From Chara braunii (lineage: Eukaryota; Plantae; Charophyceae), in contig BFEA01000039.1 of the NCBI GenBank assembly GCA_003427395.1, forward strand, positions 957,067 to 1,021,066: a DNA stretch of 64,000 bases, written 5' to 3'. The position numbers were made by a program, and so were the translations under genes. The notes beneath the pieces are model-generated. The model saw only the letters and a program-made list of their open reading frames with translations. It was not told the DNA's origin and made no database searches. The first letter of the stretch is position 1. Every line of letters begins with the position of its first letter. Below are positions 48,847 to 62,300 of the stretch, piece after piece.

Positions 48847-49268
48847 CTGTACTTAGCCACACCAAAGAAATGAGACCAAAAAAAACGGAAAAACGCGCCC
48901 AAGAGGCACATTATCAATAATCACATCCCATTATGGAAACCAAGAATAAATCTCAAAATCTGCATATCAAATACAACGAATCTTAAACCCTCCCCTACGA
49001 CTAGTACCTTCACCACAAAGAGACGAGGAGTCAATTTTCTTTCATCAAGTACAAATAAAAATTACAATTTCAGAAATTAACAAACGATTGCCAAATGGCA
49101 AGAGTACTTATCCACTATCATCACAAATCAATTTGAAATACCGAACACTGCCATTTCGTGTGATGACGACCGATAATGCTTAGCTCACTCACTGCCACGC
49201 TCACACTGAAGGCCACTACCCATCACACACCGTGCAAGCTTCAATCATCACAGCTGTTCGTGCCGGAA

Positions 49269-49337
<69 letters not shown>

Positions 49338-50350
49338 NNNNNNNNNNNNNNNNNNNNNNNNNNNNNNNNNNNNNNNNNNNNNNNNNNNNNNNNNNNNNNN
49401 NNNNNNNNNNNNNNNNNNNCCCCTCCCGCCCCTCCCCACAGACACAGAAGCCGCAAGCGCGAACGCCATCTCTTCCGTTCACATTGGAAACGACCACAAC
49501 GCCGTGAACGCCAGCTGGCCATAGAGTACATGCAGCCTCAATCAGCACCACAGTACGCGCGCTTGCACGTTAACCCGCGGGCGCTTTCTGCCCGCCAAAC
49601 CCGCCGCGCGCTCGCGCAGTCGGGAAATAACCCGCGCACCAGGAACAGTTCATACGAGAAACACGCCATTGTCAAGCTCCCCCCCCCCCCCCCCGTTTCC
49701 CAAATCCGCACACCCTTCACCTCCCCTTCGATCAGCCTCTCCCGCCTCTGCCCACCCGGCCAGCACAAGGAGTGACGAACTTGTTTGCCCTCTCCCGCTT
49801 TACAAGAGCAAAGCGGAAAACGAGACTGAACCATTGAATTGGGCCATATTGTCCGCATGACACGCGTCAAAAGTGCTGCCAACCGTCGTCCCAGAAAGAC
49901 ATTCACTCAATCTCCTAACCATAAATACCTATCCTTTGTCAAAACCAACATTGCACTGGAGGCAAAGGACACTCGATGGGCTAAGCAGGAAACTAGTGGT
50001 GAAGACTTGCATGGCCAGCAGGCAACTACAACATGCGTACAATAAAACAGCACAGAGAACACACGAAGGAGAAGAATCGTGATACTGAAGCGAATCACTA
50101 CGAGTCCATGCTTCACACAAAGTTTGGCAGTAACTGCACAGGCGGTTCCTTGAGAGCCACACTCCATACGCGCACGTCCCCTAAGAAGAAGGAGGAGGAT
50201 GACAAGAACAAGAAGAACAAGGAGGAGGAGGAGGGGGAGGAGCAGGCGGGGAAGGAGGGAAAGGAGGGTGAGGAGGAGGTCCACGAGGAGGAGGAGGAGG
50301 ACGAATCAGGGAGCAAAAGGAGAGAGAAGAGCAGGAGATCGAGTGAACAC

Positions 50351-50491
50351 CTTTATGTACATGCTTTCCGCAGCCCTCTCCTCGTCCGTGAGTACCCTTC
50401 CGGTACGAGAAGCCTCCGTCGAATACGCACGCGTAAGCATGACGCCATTTCTTTGAGCGATGCGTCGACCCAGATGCCCAACGGAATACAT
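50351..50491 (-). CDS. Exon 1 of small mitochondrial protein, At2g27730 / F1F0-ATPase inhibitor-like family
   Basis: ATG at 50491. Encodes MYSVGHLGRRIAQRNGVMLTRAYSTEASRTGRVLTDEERAAESMYIK: an Arg-rich presequence ending R-A-Y-S, then GRVLTDEERAAESMYIK, matching the plant family motif GKVLSEEERAAENVFIK (recalled). Ends at AAG|GT donor, phase 0. Confidence 0.85.
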
Positions 50492-52339
50492 CTTCACAAT
50501 GCTTCCCCTCGGTCACGCTGTTGCCGTTCCTGCTTCCCGCGCTTGTAGAGCGAACGGGCTCCTCCTCTCTCCGCTCCGTCTAACCCCGGCTATGATGGTG
50601 ATCAATGGGCTCAGCCTCCGCCTGCCACGTGGCGAAACTAGATCTAGCCCGGCGTCCACGATGCGCGACCCTGCCGCACAGGTTATCGATCTATACCACA
50701 AGTCCCTTGCGTCCCCCCGTAACGCGATTGTACTGTGTATCGTAATTGTAGTGTAGGCAAGGAACAAGCAGACCACTTGAAATTGCTGCTTGATTAATTC
50801 GTCAGATTATTTCGTCATTGATTGGACAAAACGCGCCCCCGCGGATAAATTTTGGCACGGCCGTGCGCTTCGTTGCTCTTTTAGACCTCCATGCATCTGA
50901 CCGCAATCACGTCCGGAATTGAGCCGTATGCTCATATCGATCGCGGGAAGAAACAAAGCGCGGACCCAAAAAAAAACCGTGGGACGGGAAAAAATTGGCG
51001 GCGGGGTTTCGCGGCGCGAATCCGCGGGACCACCACAGATTGGGATTAGTGGTAATCCCGCCAAACCGGACATACACGTGTCCAGTTGGACGCGTAAGCG
51101 GCTACAACCGGTACCACTGGCAAGGGCTTCGAGGGTGACAAGGCCTTGGGAAACTGGCCGCGCTGCTTTCGAGGGTGACAAGGCAGAGCGTACGCAAGGA
51201 CTTCCCTGACGTATCTGATCCGATTGTGAATGTTCGTGGATGCATTTGACCGTAATTACGGCCAGAGATGACTCGAAAAGTCCCGGCGGTAGCCTTCCCT
51301 CAGCTTGCTCAAGACTCTTGTCCGGCGACACGCCGACACTGAGGATCAGAACCCACCAATACAATTAAAATAAATACGAAGCTCGTTGGCGATTGTCGTT
51401 TGCACCGTGCCGCCTCCCGACGTCCCTGTCGAAGTACCCAACCACCTACCCATCTCCACCCCTTCCCTGCATATTTCGCTTCCGTGGCGCCATCGCCATG
51501 TCCAATGTTCCAGTCCAGGTGCAGCGAAGCAGGGCAAAAACCGGAGCTGCGACCCTGGACAAAGCCTGTAGGTAGCCATCGATCAAATGAGTAGGCGCAG
51601 CCTACAGGCCACGAATATTGGCTAACATGTGAGCGCGGGTAGCCCAACCGTTTTTTTTTTCTTTTTTTTTTCTTTTTTTTTCCTTTTTTTTTTCCTTTTA
51701 ACTCAATACAGGTAGTTCATTATAAATGCAGAATGAGGCCGGGGACCTCACAATTCAACCCGGAATACTGACAGCATCAGCCAGCTTAGCTTACAGGCAC
51801 ACGCCTGCGGGAAGTTCAAAAACTACCAACTTTCCAGAGTCCTACCAACTGTTCTAACTAGGATCTAAATTCGAAGTTTCTTGAGAAGCTGAAGTGGTAG
51901 TAATCGTTCTTAGCAGTCGGCCAGCCCTCGAACTTGTGGCTCTTTAGTGTCTCGTAGCTTCCAGCTCCCAGGTCTGTATATCTCACATGCTAGATTTCGC
52001 ATTTAACTATTTTGATGCCGACATCATTGAATAACTGTAATAATTGTAATAATCAATTCAATGTAGGATTTAAATAGTCATGTGCTACTCACTACCTGAT
52101 TTACCCTCGGGACTAGCACGGCCCAACGGGTTAAATCCTATCTAAAGACACTCACCTAGTGGTCCACAGCGACCCTAGTTGGGACCGAGTGTCCTGGTCC
52201 CCAGCAGGTCTGCTGGTTTTGACAACCCACCCACACCAACATAGCCAAGCTTACTGAGTCCGGAAGCCCGGATCTTTCAAGGTTCCAGGTCCAGTTCCTA
52301 GTTCCTGCCTATCCCTCGCTCTCATCCTATACCTATAGG

Positions 52340-55300
52340 TCAGGGTTCACGGATCCAAGGTGAGAGGACCAGTCCCCTTGTGGAGTGGACCGCAGCTAAC
52401 TCGCGGTTCTTGGCCAATGTTCGAAGGAACCACAGCAATTGTCTTCTGTTTCCTTTCCCAGAATTGGCTTTTTTCCTCCAGTCCACGCGGATTGCTTGCC
52501 TCAAGCCGCTCTTGATGCTGCTTTTGATCTCGAGGTCTGACAGGGGTCTTTTCTGAAACCTTGCTCTGTTTCTGTCCATCCACAGCACTTCGCAGATCAG
52601 GCCTCTTGTCACATGCGCTACATAACCCCAGCCACGGTGTCCTTTCACATTTGGAGGAAGGAAGCCTAGCAAAACCCATTTCTCATCCCAAACTACTCCC
52701 TCTCCCCCAAACTCTCTCCAGTGATGTGACCACCACATCCAGACCCGTTTAGAGGCCGGGCATTCCCACCACAGATGCCGTGTCGACTCGAAAGGCCACC
52801 TACATCTCTTGCACCCGAGCTCCACCACCATCCCTCTCCCAGTTAGCCAGACTGCCGAGGGGGTTACCAGCATGGATAATAGCCAGAGAATACTTACCTG
52901 TTTGCCATTAGGCATACAGGTGAGACTCTTCCACAATCTCTCGAATTCTGCTTCTGCCCCGACGAGATCCTGAGTGTATACCGCCTGCCATCTTTGTGTA
53001 CCCAACCTCGCAGTTGGGCTTGATTCTTCCGTGCAGGGTCTGTAATCCCAAGTCCGCCTTTTTCCCTGGGGTAAGACAGGGTGTCCAGTGCTATTTTGGA
53101 AATGAAGCCCTCAGAATTCTGTGCTTTTGGTTTCCAAAGGAACCGGGCCACCAGTCTTCTGATGGCTCTCACCACGCCCTCCGCCAGTTCCCTCACCGTA
53201 GTGACGAACCAGAGTATTGAGAACAGTGCTGCATTTACCACCAGAGCACGCCCCACAATTGATAGATGCCAAGCAGATCCCCACACTCGCAGTCTAGCCG
53301 CCATCCTCTGCTGCAGCACCAGTCCCTGCCTTGTGGCTCCCAACTGCAGACTGATTAGAACGCCTAGGAACCTTTCCTCTTCTCCGTTAGCTATTCTCTT
53401 CATTCCCCATTCTACCTTCAGTTCAAACTGCCAGTGGAGTAGATATGACGACTTGCCCCAGTTCACTGTGGCTTCGGAGAGCAGCGAATACTCCATCATG
53501 ATAGATTTCAATGCTGTAAGAGAGGGGATAGAGTTCTCACAAACTGCGAACAGATCGTCCGCCAGGGCTTTCACCCGACATTCCTCCCCGGTGTGCAGCT
53601 GCAGTCCCTTGATATGTGGATGACGCCGGATTCTGTTCAGGAGTACCTCCATTTGCAACACGAAGATTAGTGGCGCAAGGGGGCATCCTTGCCTTAGCGA
53701 CCTTGACAGCGTGAACGAAACTGAGAGATGCCTGTTTATCATCACCGCGGATGTCGAGAACGTGTACATGGCGATGACCCATGAGCAAAAGTTGTCTCCA
53801 AAACCCATCCTCCGCAGGGTGGTTAAGACGAAAGTCCAACCCACCTTGTCGTAGGCCTTCTCCAAGTCAAGAAGAAGGACGGCCATATCCGCGTTCTCAA
53901 CCTGTACAACTTCCAACGTCTCGATGGCGGTCACTATGTTGTTGAATATTGACCGCCCTTGTACGAATGCTCCTTGATCCTTCTCCACGAGCTCCGGTAG
54001 GTACTTCCCCAACCACCGTGCAAGAGATATGGCCAGAATCTTGTACGAGACGTTCAACAGCGAAATTGGACGCCAGTTCCTCACTTCCGTCTTGTCCCCC
54101 TTCTTGAACAGCACTACGATAACTCCATGTGTCATGCCTCTTCCTAGCTTACCCCCTACTAGGACCTCGTTGTATAGCTCCACCAACAAAGGGCCGAAGG
54201 AATTCCAGTTAGCGTTGTAGAACTCGACGGTGAGACCATCCACCCCGGGGGATTTGCCTCTGGCCATGGACTTGAGGGTCTGGGTCACTTCCTCTAGCGT
54301 GAACGGTCTGTCCAGGTCAAGCTTAGCTGAAGATTGTAGGCGGACTGTGGTATCGTTCCACATGTCTGAAGTCATAGATAGATCCGAATTCACCTCCTCT
54401 CGCGGCCTTCTAGTGGTCAGGATGTCTGAGTAGTACATACGTGCGTACCGGAGCATCCCTGCCGCAGAGCAGGCTGCAGGGGCGGACTCATCGAATGGAT
54501 GCCTCAACATGACCATCTGCTGCTGCGATCTCCGTGGCTGCAGCTTCTGGAAGGTCTCTTTGGACATTGTATCGTGCGTTTCGATCCCTTTCACCTTCAA
54601 CAACTCCGTCCAAACTTTTTGTTTACTCGCCTGGAGGTTGTCCCACTCCGCCATTCTCTTTTCTCGTTCCGCAGCCCACACCGCTGCTGAAATTGGATGG
54701 CCTTCCATCCTCTCCTCCGCTTCCTCCACCCTCCGATGGCAGTCTGATTCCTTCTTGTTTCTGGCTCTAGCCAGGATCCTCGAGCATACATCTAGGAACC
54801 CAGATGTGATAGCAATCCCTCCGTCTAGCCATGCGGCCGTCGACTCAAAATGAGGCCTGGCCTCCTCCCATGAGATTATATGTCTTTCCACCCAGTCCTT
54901 GATGCCGGGCTCCTCTAGCCACTGACTGTTGAGGCGAAAGAAGCCCCTACCTCTATCGGCCCCAGTGTGTAACCTCAGATCCAAAACCACCGGTTTGTGG
55001 TCCGAGATTGGGTTGCAGACATGGCGCACTGCTGTCACCCTTTCCATGGCCTGTTCACTTGTGAGGAAGAAATCCAATCTGCGTTTGGTTACCGTTTGAC
55101 CGTCCCTATAGCGGTGTGAGAACCAAGTATAGCCCGGGTCCCCCGGGTTCAGAATCGGAAAAGGATCGGATAGAGTTAGCTCTGTGCTAAACTCCAGCAA
55201 TGTCTGAACATCCTTCCTGTCTGCTGATTGTGAACCAACCCGAAGTGCTTCATCCAATGAGAGGTTCCAGTCCCCTCCTAACACCAGTTTATCACCCCTA

Positions 55301-55701
55301 GGCACGTGAGACATCAGCCTCAAAAAAAATCTGATTCTCTCCCTTACCACTGTTGGGGCGTACACAGTCGTTAACACCCACTCTTCATTCCCCACCTCCA
55401 CTTTGAGCCAGGCCCACCGACCCCCCATGTCTACTTCTGAATCTATTACCACCGCTTGAAGATCGCGATGGAGCAGGATTCCCACGCCACCCCGTGTGCC
55501 TTGGGCCGGGGCCCAGACTTGAGGGCCGTCCCACCACATAGCAATTTCCCTTACTTTCTCCTCATTCAACTTAGATTCCTGCTGCATTACACAATTAGCT
55601 TTCCAATCATGTATCCAACTCCTTAGCCTTCTCCTTTTTGATCTTACATTTGTGTCCCCCATCCCGCGAACATTCCAAGATACTATTCTAAGTCTGTTCA
55701 T
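52340..55701 (-). pseudogene. LINE ORF2 (APE endonuclease, RT, C-terminal zf-RVT), frameshift/probable deletion near 53000
   Basis: SWNVRG, QQESK, VYAP, GGDWN, RLDFFL, SDHKPV; KSPGVDG, WRPISLLN, DLEKAYD, RQGCPLAP, LADD; CKRC..ESTRHLWWEC in the next frame. Confidence 0.92.
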
Positions 55702-55762
55702 TGTCTTGAGCTGTTGCCGCCTTTGATTGGATGCGGGGGGTTGTTGTGGACCTTGGTCTTGG

Positions 55763-58203
55763 TTAAGCGCTGCTTCTGGACAAGCTGGTCTTTGAGGATG
55801 CCCGCCATTCTTTCGTCAAGCTTGCTGCCAAAAACTCGGAGTGCAGGTTCTCCTCCGCCAGCAGCTTCTCATTCACGTTCAGGAGCACCAGCGTAGAAAT
55901 ACCTGGCAGCACCTGAATTGCTTCCAGTTCTGGGACATTCCTTTCTCTAATTAGACTCATGGGCATCCACCTGATCCCGGACTGTGCCAGGGTACCTGCA
56001 ATTTCCTCTGAGATGCGAGCATCCAACAGAGGAAAGTACATTTTGGAGTACCCTTGCACTGTCTCGCAGAGGACGCTCGCCATTACGGAGTGCGGGATGA
56101 GTTGGACTGGTACATGTTCCCCATAGAGCCTCCTCGTGATCTCCAGGATCCTTGATGGGGTCGGAGATTGGTCTACCACCATGGAGGGGACAACAGGCGT
56201 GCCGCTTTCTCCCGTGATTGCTAGAAAATAAATCACCTCGTTTGCCTTGGTGCACAACAGCGGAATCACGCAACGCTGCACCGTCTCCATCTGATTCTTT
56301 TCTATTGCGTCAGCTCGTTTGTCCCACCTCTGTCTGCTCAACACTTCCTGTTCTTCCCGCTTCTTCGAGCTTGAGGCCGCTGAACTCTGCACCGAAGATG
56401 AGCTCGCCTGTTTGTGGGAGGCCCTGCGTTCATCCTCGCTGCACTCGCTGCCCCACCTTACTTTGGATCGGGAGGTCACCGAGGTTTTGGACAACTCCTC
56501 CCGAACTGCTAATCCCTCGGCGTGAGTGGCGGCTACCTCTCTGTTATCTGCCCCCTTCTCTTCTCTGATCCTGTTGAATCGTCCCTGAGGGTGCTGGCGC
56601 CAGTTCTGAGTGCCACCTTCTCTGCTTCTTTGTCCATCCCACGAGTCCCATCTCCTACTGTTGCTCCTGCGCACACCTCTGCTTGTACCCTCTCTCTCAT
56701 CACTTCTACCAACATTTTGGGGGGAGGTGAATCTGCCTGGTGCCCAACTTCTCCAGTCGTACGTTGTTGACGGGTACCCGGGCTGCGGATGCTCCACACG
56801 AGTCGGAAGCCAGTGCTGCTGTTGGCTGCAGGCTTGTTGCAGGTTATTACCGTATCTTGTTGAATACTGCTGGTCTTGCCATTGCATGACATTGGGGGGG
56901 CCTGGGCCGTAATTCCCCAATGATGCCCCTCCATTACGAGCTAGTCCCATGTTGTTGCCTGGCCATTCCTCTTTGGGCCCCCATTGGGGCGCTGGAGTGA
57001 GTCCCGAGCCCGATGCTGGGAAGGTGCCCCAGCCTTGATTTTCTCTCGGGTTTTCCCCTCCTTGGTACCAAGTGTCGGCTATCCCTCCTTGGGGCTGGAA
57101 CGACCAGGGGTGTGTTGGACGATGAATTGCTGGACCGCTTGCAGCCGATCCGTGCGTTGGGGGAACTGGTTCTCGTTGGAACTGCTGGTTCCGTAGTTTC
57201 ATTCCCTGGCCTACATACCCCTGCTGCTTGTGCTGCATCTGGTTGGGTGTGCCGGTTGGATCCAGGCCTTGGGCCACCCTGCTCTGCTGCTGCGCGTTTC
57301 CGTCTGTTCCCTCCCCTCACACTGGCTCCACTCTGGTAGCTTGTTCCAAGTTCTGCAGGTGTTGACGGAATCCGGCCCTGTGACCCCCTTGCCTTCCTTC
57401 ATTGGTTTTCCCTCCACCTTCGTTTGTCTTGAACTTCGGACAATTGTCTTCTGTGTGGTAATACCACCTGCATCTGCGGCACCAGTCAGTGTACCGGGAT
57501 ACAATCTCCACTTTCCACCTCACACCCTTTGGCGCTTGAATCACTAAGTCGTCGTCGATTTTGGCTCTGGCCTCTGGCGGCATGTCGAACTTCACGTTCA
57601 TGAGCTTGGGGCGATCTCTGTCGTATTCTGGTGAATGCACCGCCAACACTTCTCCAAACATATTCTTCACAGCGCTAAGGAGGAAGTAGTAGGCATCAAG
57701 TGGGACCCTGCCATGATCCAGAATTTCGTCTCCGCTTCTTGCATTCTAACGTCCTGCAACTCCTGTTTGGATAGTCTTGGTCTGAACTGGACCAGGTACC
57801 CGTCTTTTCCCAGTGTAATCTTCAGTTCCTTTTGTTTCACCAGCCAATCCGCAATCTCCTTCGCTCTGGCCACATAAGAAGCTACGTTCTGTCCTTCAAA
57901 CTTCACCCTTCCTGTTCTGTTTTTTGGTGCAAACAATCTCCTCGCAGACCACCCATCCTCGTATGCGCGGATCAAATCCTCCTTCACTGATCTTGCTAGT
58001 TTCCTTGCTTCGCCCTGAAAAATAACTACAACCGATCTCTCCTTTAACCACTGCTCTTTGACTTCATCCACTGCTTCTTCCACGACAAATCTCTTTCCCT
58101 CCTCATCCTCTACCACTCTGCCCAAGTTAATGTCTTCAGGACATACCCCTTTATCATAACAGCGACCAATAAACTCCCTCACTCTGGCCATATCATTTGC
58201 CAT
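55763..58203 (-). pseudogene. LINE ORF1 (gag-like) broken into three frames
   Basis: Abutting ORFs 57667-58203, 57317-57670 (CRRCRWYYHTEDNC zinc knuckle) and 55763-57277 (Q/G/P-rich), directly upstream of ORF2. Confidence 0.75.
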
Positions 58204-58860
58204 TTTCTCTTAATAATACTCGCAGTGGCACTCAGCGTGTGCTTGGCGCAGGAGCAGGCTGAGGGATTATGCTACGGATGCTGGACGAAAAGGAACTGTC
58301 CGATGCACTACTACTGGGGACTCCGAAGGTACTTGCTCCCCCAATGTTTCGTGACCTGGCGCAAATTAAAGCGAACCGCTTTGCTTTACACTTACGATAT
58401 GTGTATTCCACACCTTGGGGGTCCCACGCAACCTTCTGAAGTTAACCCACCTGCTGTTACTCCCTTGCATCTGACTGTAGAGTCCTGCATGAGCCACGTG
58501 TGAATCTGTAATTGTAGAAGATTGCTAAGAGTGAAACAAATCGCTACCTGATCTGGGTAATGTACCCAGAGGAGGCCAGCGACATAGGGGATAGACCGAC
58601 TTTAACTATTGGCCATGTACAGGGATTACCTGACGTCCAGCTGACGGGAGAGGTGGAGCATAAGTGGGAAGTCCGGAATTCCTTAACGCAAACGTAATCA
58701 TCTCAAGCACATAATTGAAGCTTAACGCAGTCGTAATTCTCTGTACAGAAAGTGAGGGTTGCTCACAATGCACTTGACCTAGATCGACCGAACTGCCGCT
58801 TCTCGTATACACCCTTGAATTTTGCGCAACGATTACGGACCGAAACCATTATAAGTTTTT

Positions 58861-59340
58861 CCGCCTAACCCCGTGCGTAGCGATCGAGTTTCACCGCGGT
58901 ACCTTACAGTTCAACTGAGCCCCGAATGCTTTCTGGCTCCTGACCCAGTTGCACTTTGCCCAATCTATCTTCCTGTCCACTCATGTATTGACTCTCCAAC
59001 AATTACAGCTGAGTCCACGGAACACCCCTTCTGGAGTACATACATAATCCGGATTTCGCCCTTCACTCGTAGTTACCACCAACCCACCCAAAGTCGATGC
59101 CTAGCACAATCGTAATTTCCATATTTGATGATAGTGTCTTCTCAAAGTTACATACGACCTAGAGCGCCCGACCTTCGGCTTCACGTATACAACAATGGTT
59201 TCTGCACAGATACTGCAGACCGATCCAGTGAGAGTCGCTCCGCCTATCCCCGCCTATCTCCGTGCGTAGCCATCGAGTTTCACCTTGGTAACTCATAGCT
59301 CGGCTGAGCACCGAATGCTACCCTATCTCCTAACCAGGTT
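58861..59340. repeat. Two ~90-bp direct repeats in the LINE 5' region
   Basis: ccgtgcgtagcSatcgagtttcacc...ctgagcMccgaatgct at ~58871 and ~59261. Confidence 0.75.
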
Positions 59341-60244
59341 CCTCTCCTCCAACCCTCTATCCTCCTTCTCTCCCATTTGTATACCGTCTTCTCAGTAGGT
59401 GCGGCTACGTCCTCTGAAATCCTTTTCTGGAGAGCGTACGAAATCCGGAGACCAATCTTACCGACATTACCAGGAGGCAAACTAGGAAGTTCATCCTTGT
59501 GTCCCTCAACTGAGCAGCATCCGATACACTGTCGATACCCTCCCTTCCATTTAACTGCGAGGCAAAGTCCGCCATATGACACACGAACCGGTGATACGCA
59601 ACTTACCGCGGTGAAAGCCCTAATTACCCCGCCCACACTTGGTAGTGATAACTAGAGAATCGACCTCTTTACATAAGAACTCAAGCAACTTTGCACTCGT
59701 GACAACAATTTGCGATCGTGGAGACATCCCCCACCCCTCCGAGCGCTCAGGGACGGATGCACCGACCTTGAGTAGTGAGATGAGCAATTTTGTTACCGAT
59801 TTGATGGAGTGACTGCCGGGAGACGGTGGATACTCACTGTTTTCACTCCTTCCTTCATTTCATCATACCAGTGTCGCCGCTAGTAATCACTCCCGACGGT
59901 GCTACCAGTCGGCGTGCCAATACCCTACCGCCTAGCATCACACTGTTTCACCATGGTAAGTGTTGTCTCTCCTTCAACCCAGTACATCGCAGACTTACCC
60001 GACCTACCCTACTGGACTACCGGAGTGACAACCACCATTTGCAGGCATAGCCCCACCTCCGAAAGGGAGGAGAACGGTGTGTCCTTCGTGCCCCGTCTTG
60101 GCGGCGAGGTGAACGACCCGGTAGCGCCACTAGTGCTAATCGCGCGTGGCGACGGCGGATCCGGAGCGCTATGCTAGTCGCCCTGTACCGCCGCTCCTTC
60201 ATTTTTTTTTTTTCTTCCGTTTGGCGAGAGAGAGGAGAATAAAG

Positions 60245-62300
60245 TTTTTTTTTTTTTTTTTTTTTTTTTCCCTTCTCATTAGGCAAATAGAAGGGAGGCC
60301 GGGGTCCTCACAATTCTACCTGGTAAATGTAACCCAAGTTCTTAGCCAGACCAACCTGACGTCACTGCACTGATTTCCTAGCAAACAGATACCAGACCAA
60401 CCTGGCAACAGGAAACAGAGGTCAGCTCAACCTGGCCACACAACATAAAAAAAGCAAGTGTTATTAAAGTCTCCCCGGTAGGGCGGAGCTTGATTCTGCA
60501 CACAATGGGGTTAATCCTTCCCCGCCTAGGGAGGCAATCAATGCCCCGTGATTACGATACAATAGTGTTATGCAGGGAAGCTGTCTCCAGGGGAGCAGTG
60601 GCTGAGGCTCTTCCAGCCCTAATGGGAAGAGGCGTGGGTATAAGCTTGTAATCAAATTCGCAATTGGGGCCTTGGGCACTGGGCCCTTTTTTTTTTTTTT
60701 TTTTTTTTTTGGGTCCCTTTTTAAAAAAATAAAAATAAAAATAATAATAATAAATTAAATAAAATAAAAAAGCAAGTGGTACGTCGGGCCTGTCGGCCCT
60801 ACAACGGACTTGTTCGCAGCCCGTCAAGGTTGCGTTTTACCCCCTTGACAACTTTTTTCGTCGTCGTTCATTATACGGTCGTTGGAAGGCTGGAAAAACA
60901 AGGCATGGCAGTTTAGGGGGTGGTGGCATCTTATTTGAAACTGCAGGACCGATAGCTGCCCGTGGGACCGCACGGGTTTTGGTCCAGGACCGGTAGCTGC
61001 GAGTAGGAGGCCGAGGAGGCCGCAATCCTTTTTCGAAATTGAAACGGTGCGGGTAGTCCTTTTTCGAAATTGAAACGGTGTAGGTCCTACATGTTGTATT
61101 CGAATACAACCTGTACCCTTTCTATTCGGATTTTGAAAAGAAAAAACTCTTGTATTCCGATAAAATTACTTCTTCTTTTTGTTGGAGGTCAGCGCCTNNN
61201 NNNNNNNNNNNNNNNNNNNNNNNNNNNNNNNNNNNNNNNNNNNNNNNNNNNNNNNNNNNNNNNNNNNNNNNNNNNNNNNNNNNNNNNNNNNNNNNNNNNN
61301 NNNNNNNNNNNNNNNNNNNNNNNNNNNNNNNNNNNNNNNNNNNNNNNNNNNNNNNNNNNNNNNNNNNNNNNNNNNNNNNNNNNNNNNNNNNNNNNNNNNN
61401 NNNNNNNNNNNNNNNNNNNNNNNNNNNNNNNNNNNNNNNNNNNNNNNNNNNNNNNNNNNNNNNNNNNNNNNNNNNNNNNNNNNNNNNNNNNNNNNNNNNN
61501 NNNNNNNNNNNNNNNNNNNNNNNNNNCACATACACATGCACATACATTCTCCTGTCTATTGATGGGGAGCGCCACCTGCTGGAAACTGGGTCCAGCGTCT
61601 CATGAACATCGTGAATAAGGCATCAACCAGGACCCCCCACACACACTCTCTTCGAGTTGTGAATAGCGAACATGACAAAACATACATACAACATATTCAC
61701 TACCTCACCCTTCCTGAACCACATAAACAAACGAACTACGGGCTGCGCACCCGTGCCCTCACGGTAAGTCAATGAACCTATAGCTCCCGCTATCAAGGCA
61801 TTTTGAACCACCAAGTGCCCAGGTTGGATCAGCCTTGGAGGCTAAGTCCCTCTAATCCAAATGAAGGTACTACCATCCCCATCTTCCCACTCCCAGCCAT
61901 TCTATCTCTATCAATAACACCTCTCACAAGCCTCTCCATCCATCAGTTGTTGCTCTCTAAACCATCCCTGATTTTTCCTTACTACTATTCTAGCCTGACT
62001 TGATCCAGGGAGACAACATAAGTTTCCCAGTCCACGCAGACACCGCTGCTAGCCTGTTCTTCTTGGCCCAAGATCGCAGGAGCCACAACCTTGCCTTGGA
62101 GCGTTCGGGATCTGGGTGAGACAGGACCTTCTTTCTCCAGTCGACTGTTATCATATGTCTAACCATGGCTTTCATCCAAGTTCTCAGGGCTACATCAGAA
62201 AGATATCTTTTTTCAAAAAACATTGAGTTCCTCTCTTTCCAAATCCACCATATAACCACCGCACGAATTGCTACCGCAACGTACTGTGACGAACCACTTT
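60245..62300 (-). mobile_element. 5'-truncated LINE of a related family, with nested insertions and a gap
   Basis: Poly(A) at ~60245-60269. 3' UTR motif gaggccggggtcctcacaattc shared with 51736. ORF2 C-terminal remnant at 61990-62300 (WKERN..VDWRKK..LWLLRSWAKKNRLAAV..LSPWI) paralleling the 52340 ORF. Confidence 0.75.
60461..60765 (+). mobile_element. Short A-tailed retro-insertion with TSD
   Basis: Flanked by AAAAAAGCAAGTG at 60448-60460 and 60766-60778; A-rich tail; motif gccttgggcactgggcc resembles 15106-15122, which also precedes a poly(A). Confidence 0.65.

Larger units (their letters stand above)
51651..58203 (-). mobile_element. L1/Tx1-clade LINE, near full length; 5' region probably extends toward ~60170
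   Basis: Poly(A) at 51651-51698, 3' UTR, ORF2 (APE endonuclease + RT + zf-RVT), and frameshifted ORF1 with a CCHC knuckle. Confidence 0.93.

Noticed and set aside
50033-50548. Glu/Lys-rich + strand ORF
   Set aside because: It is the antisense of exon 1 and the pyrimidine-rich start of intron 1 of the mitochondrial gene.
58861-59340. Hammerhead ribozyme in the LINE 5' repeats (CTATGAG..ACCAAGGT-GAAAC on minus strand)
   Set aside because: Core lacks intact CTGATGA and no stem III/cleavage triplet could be formed.
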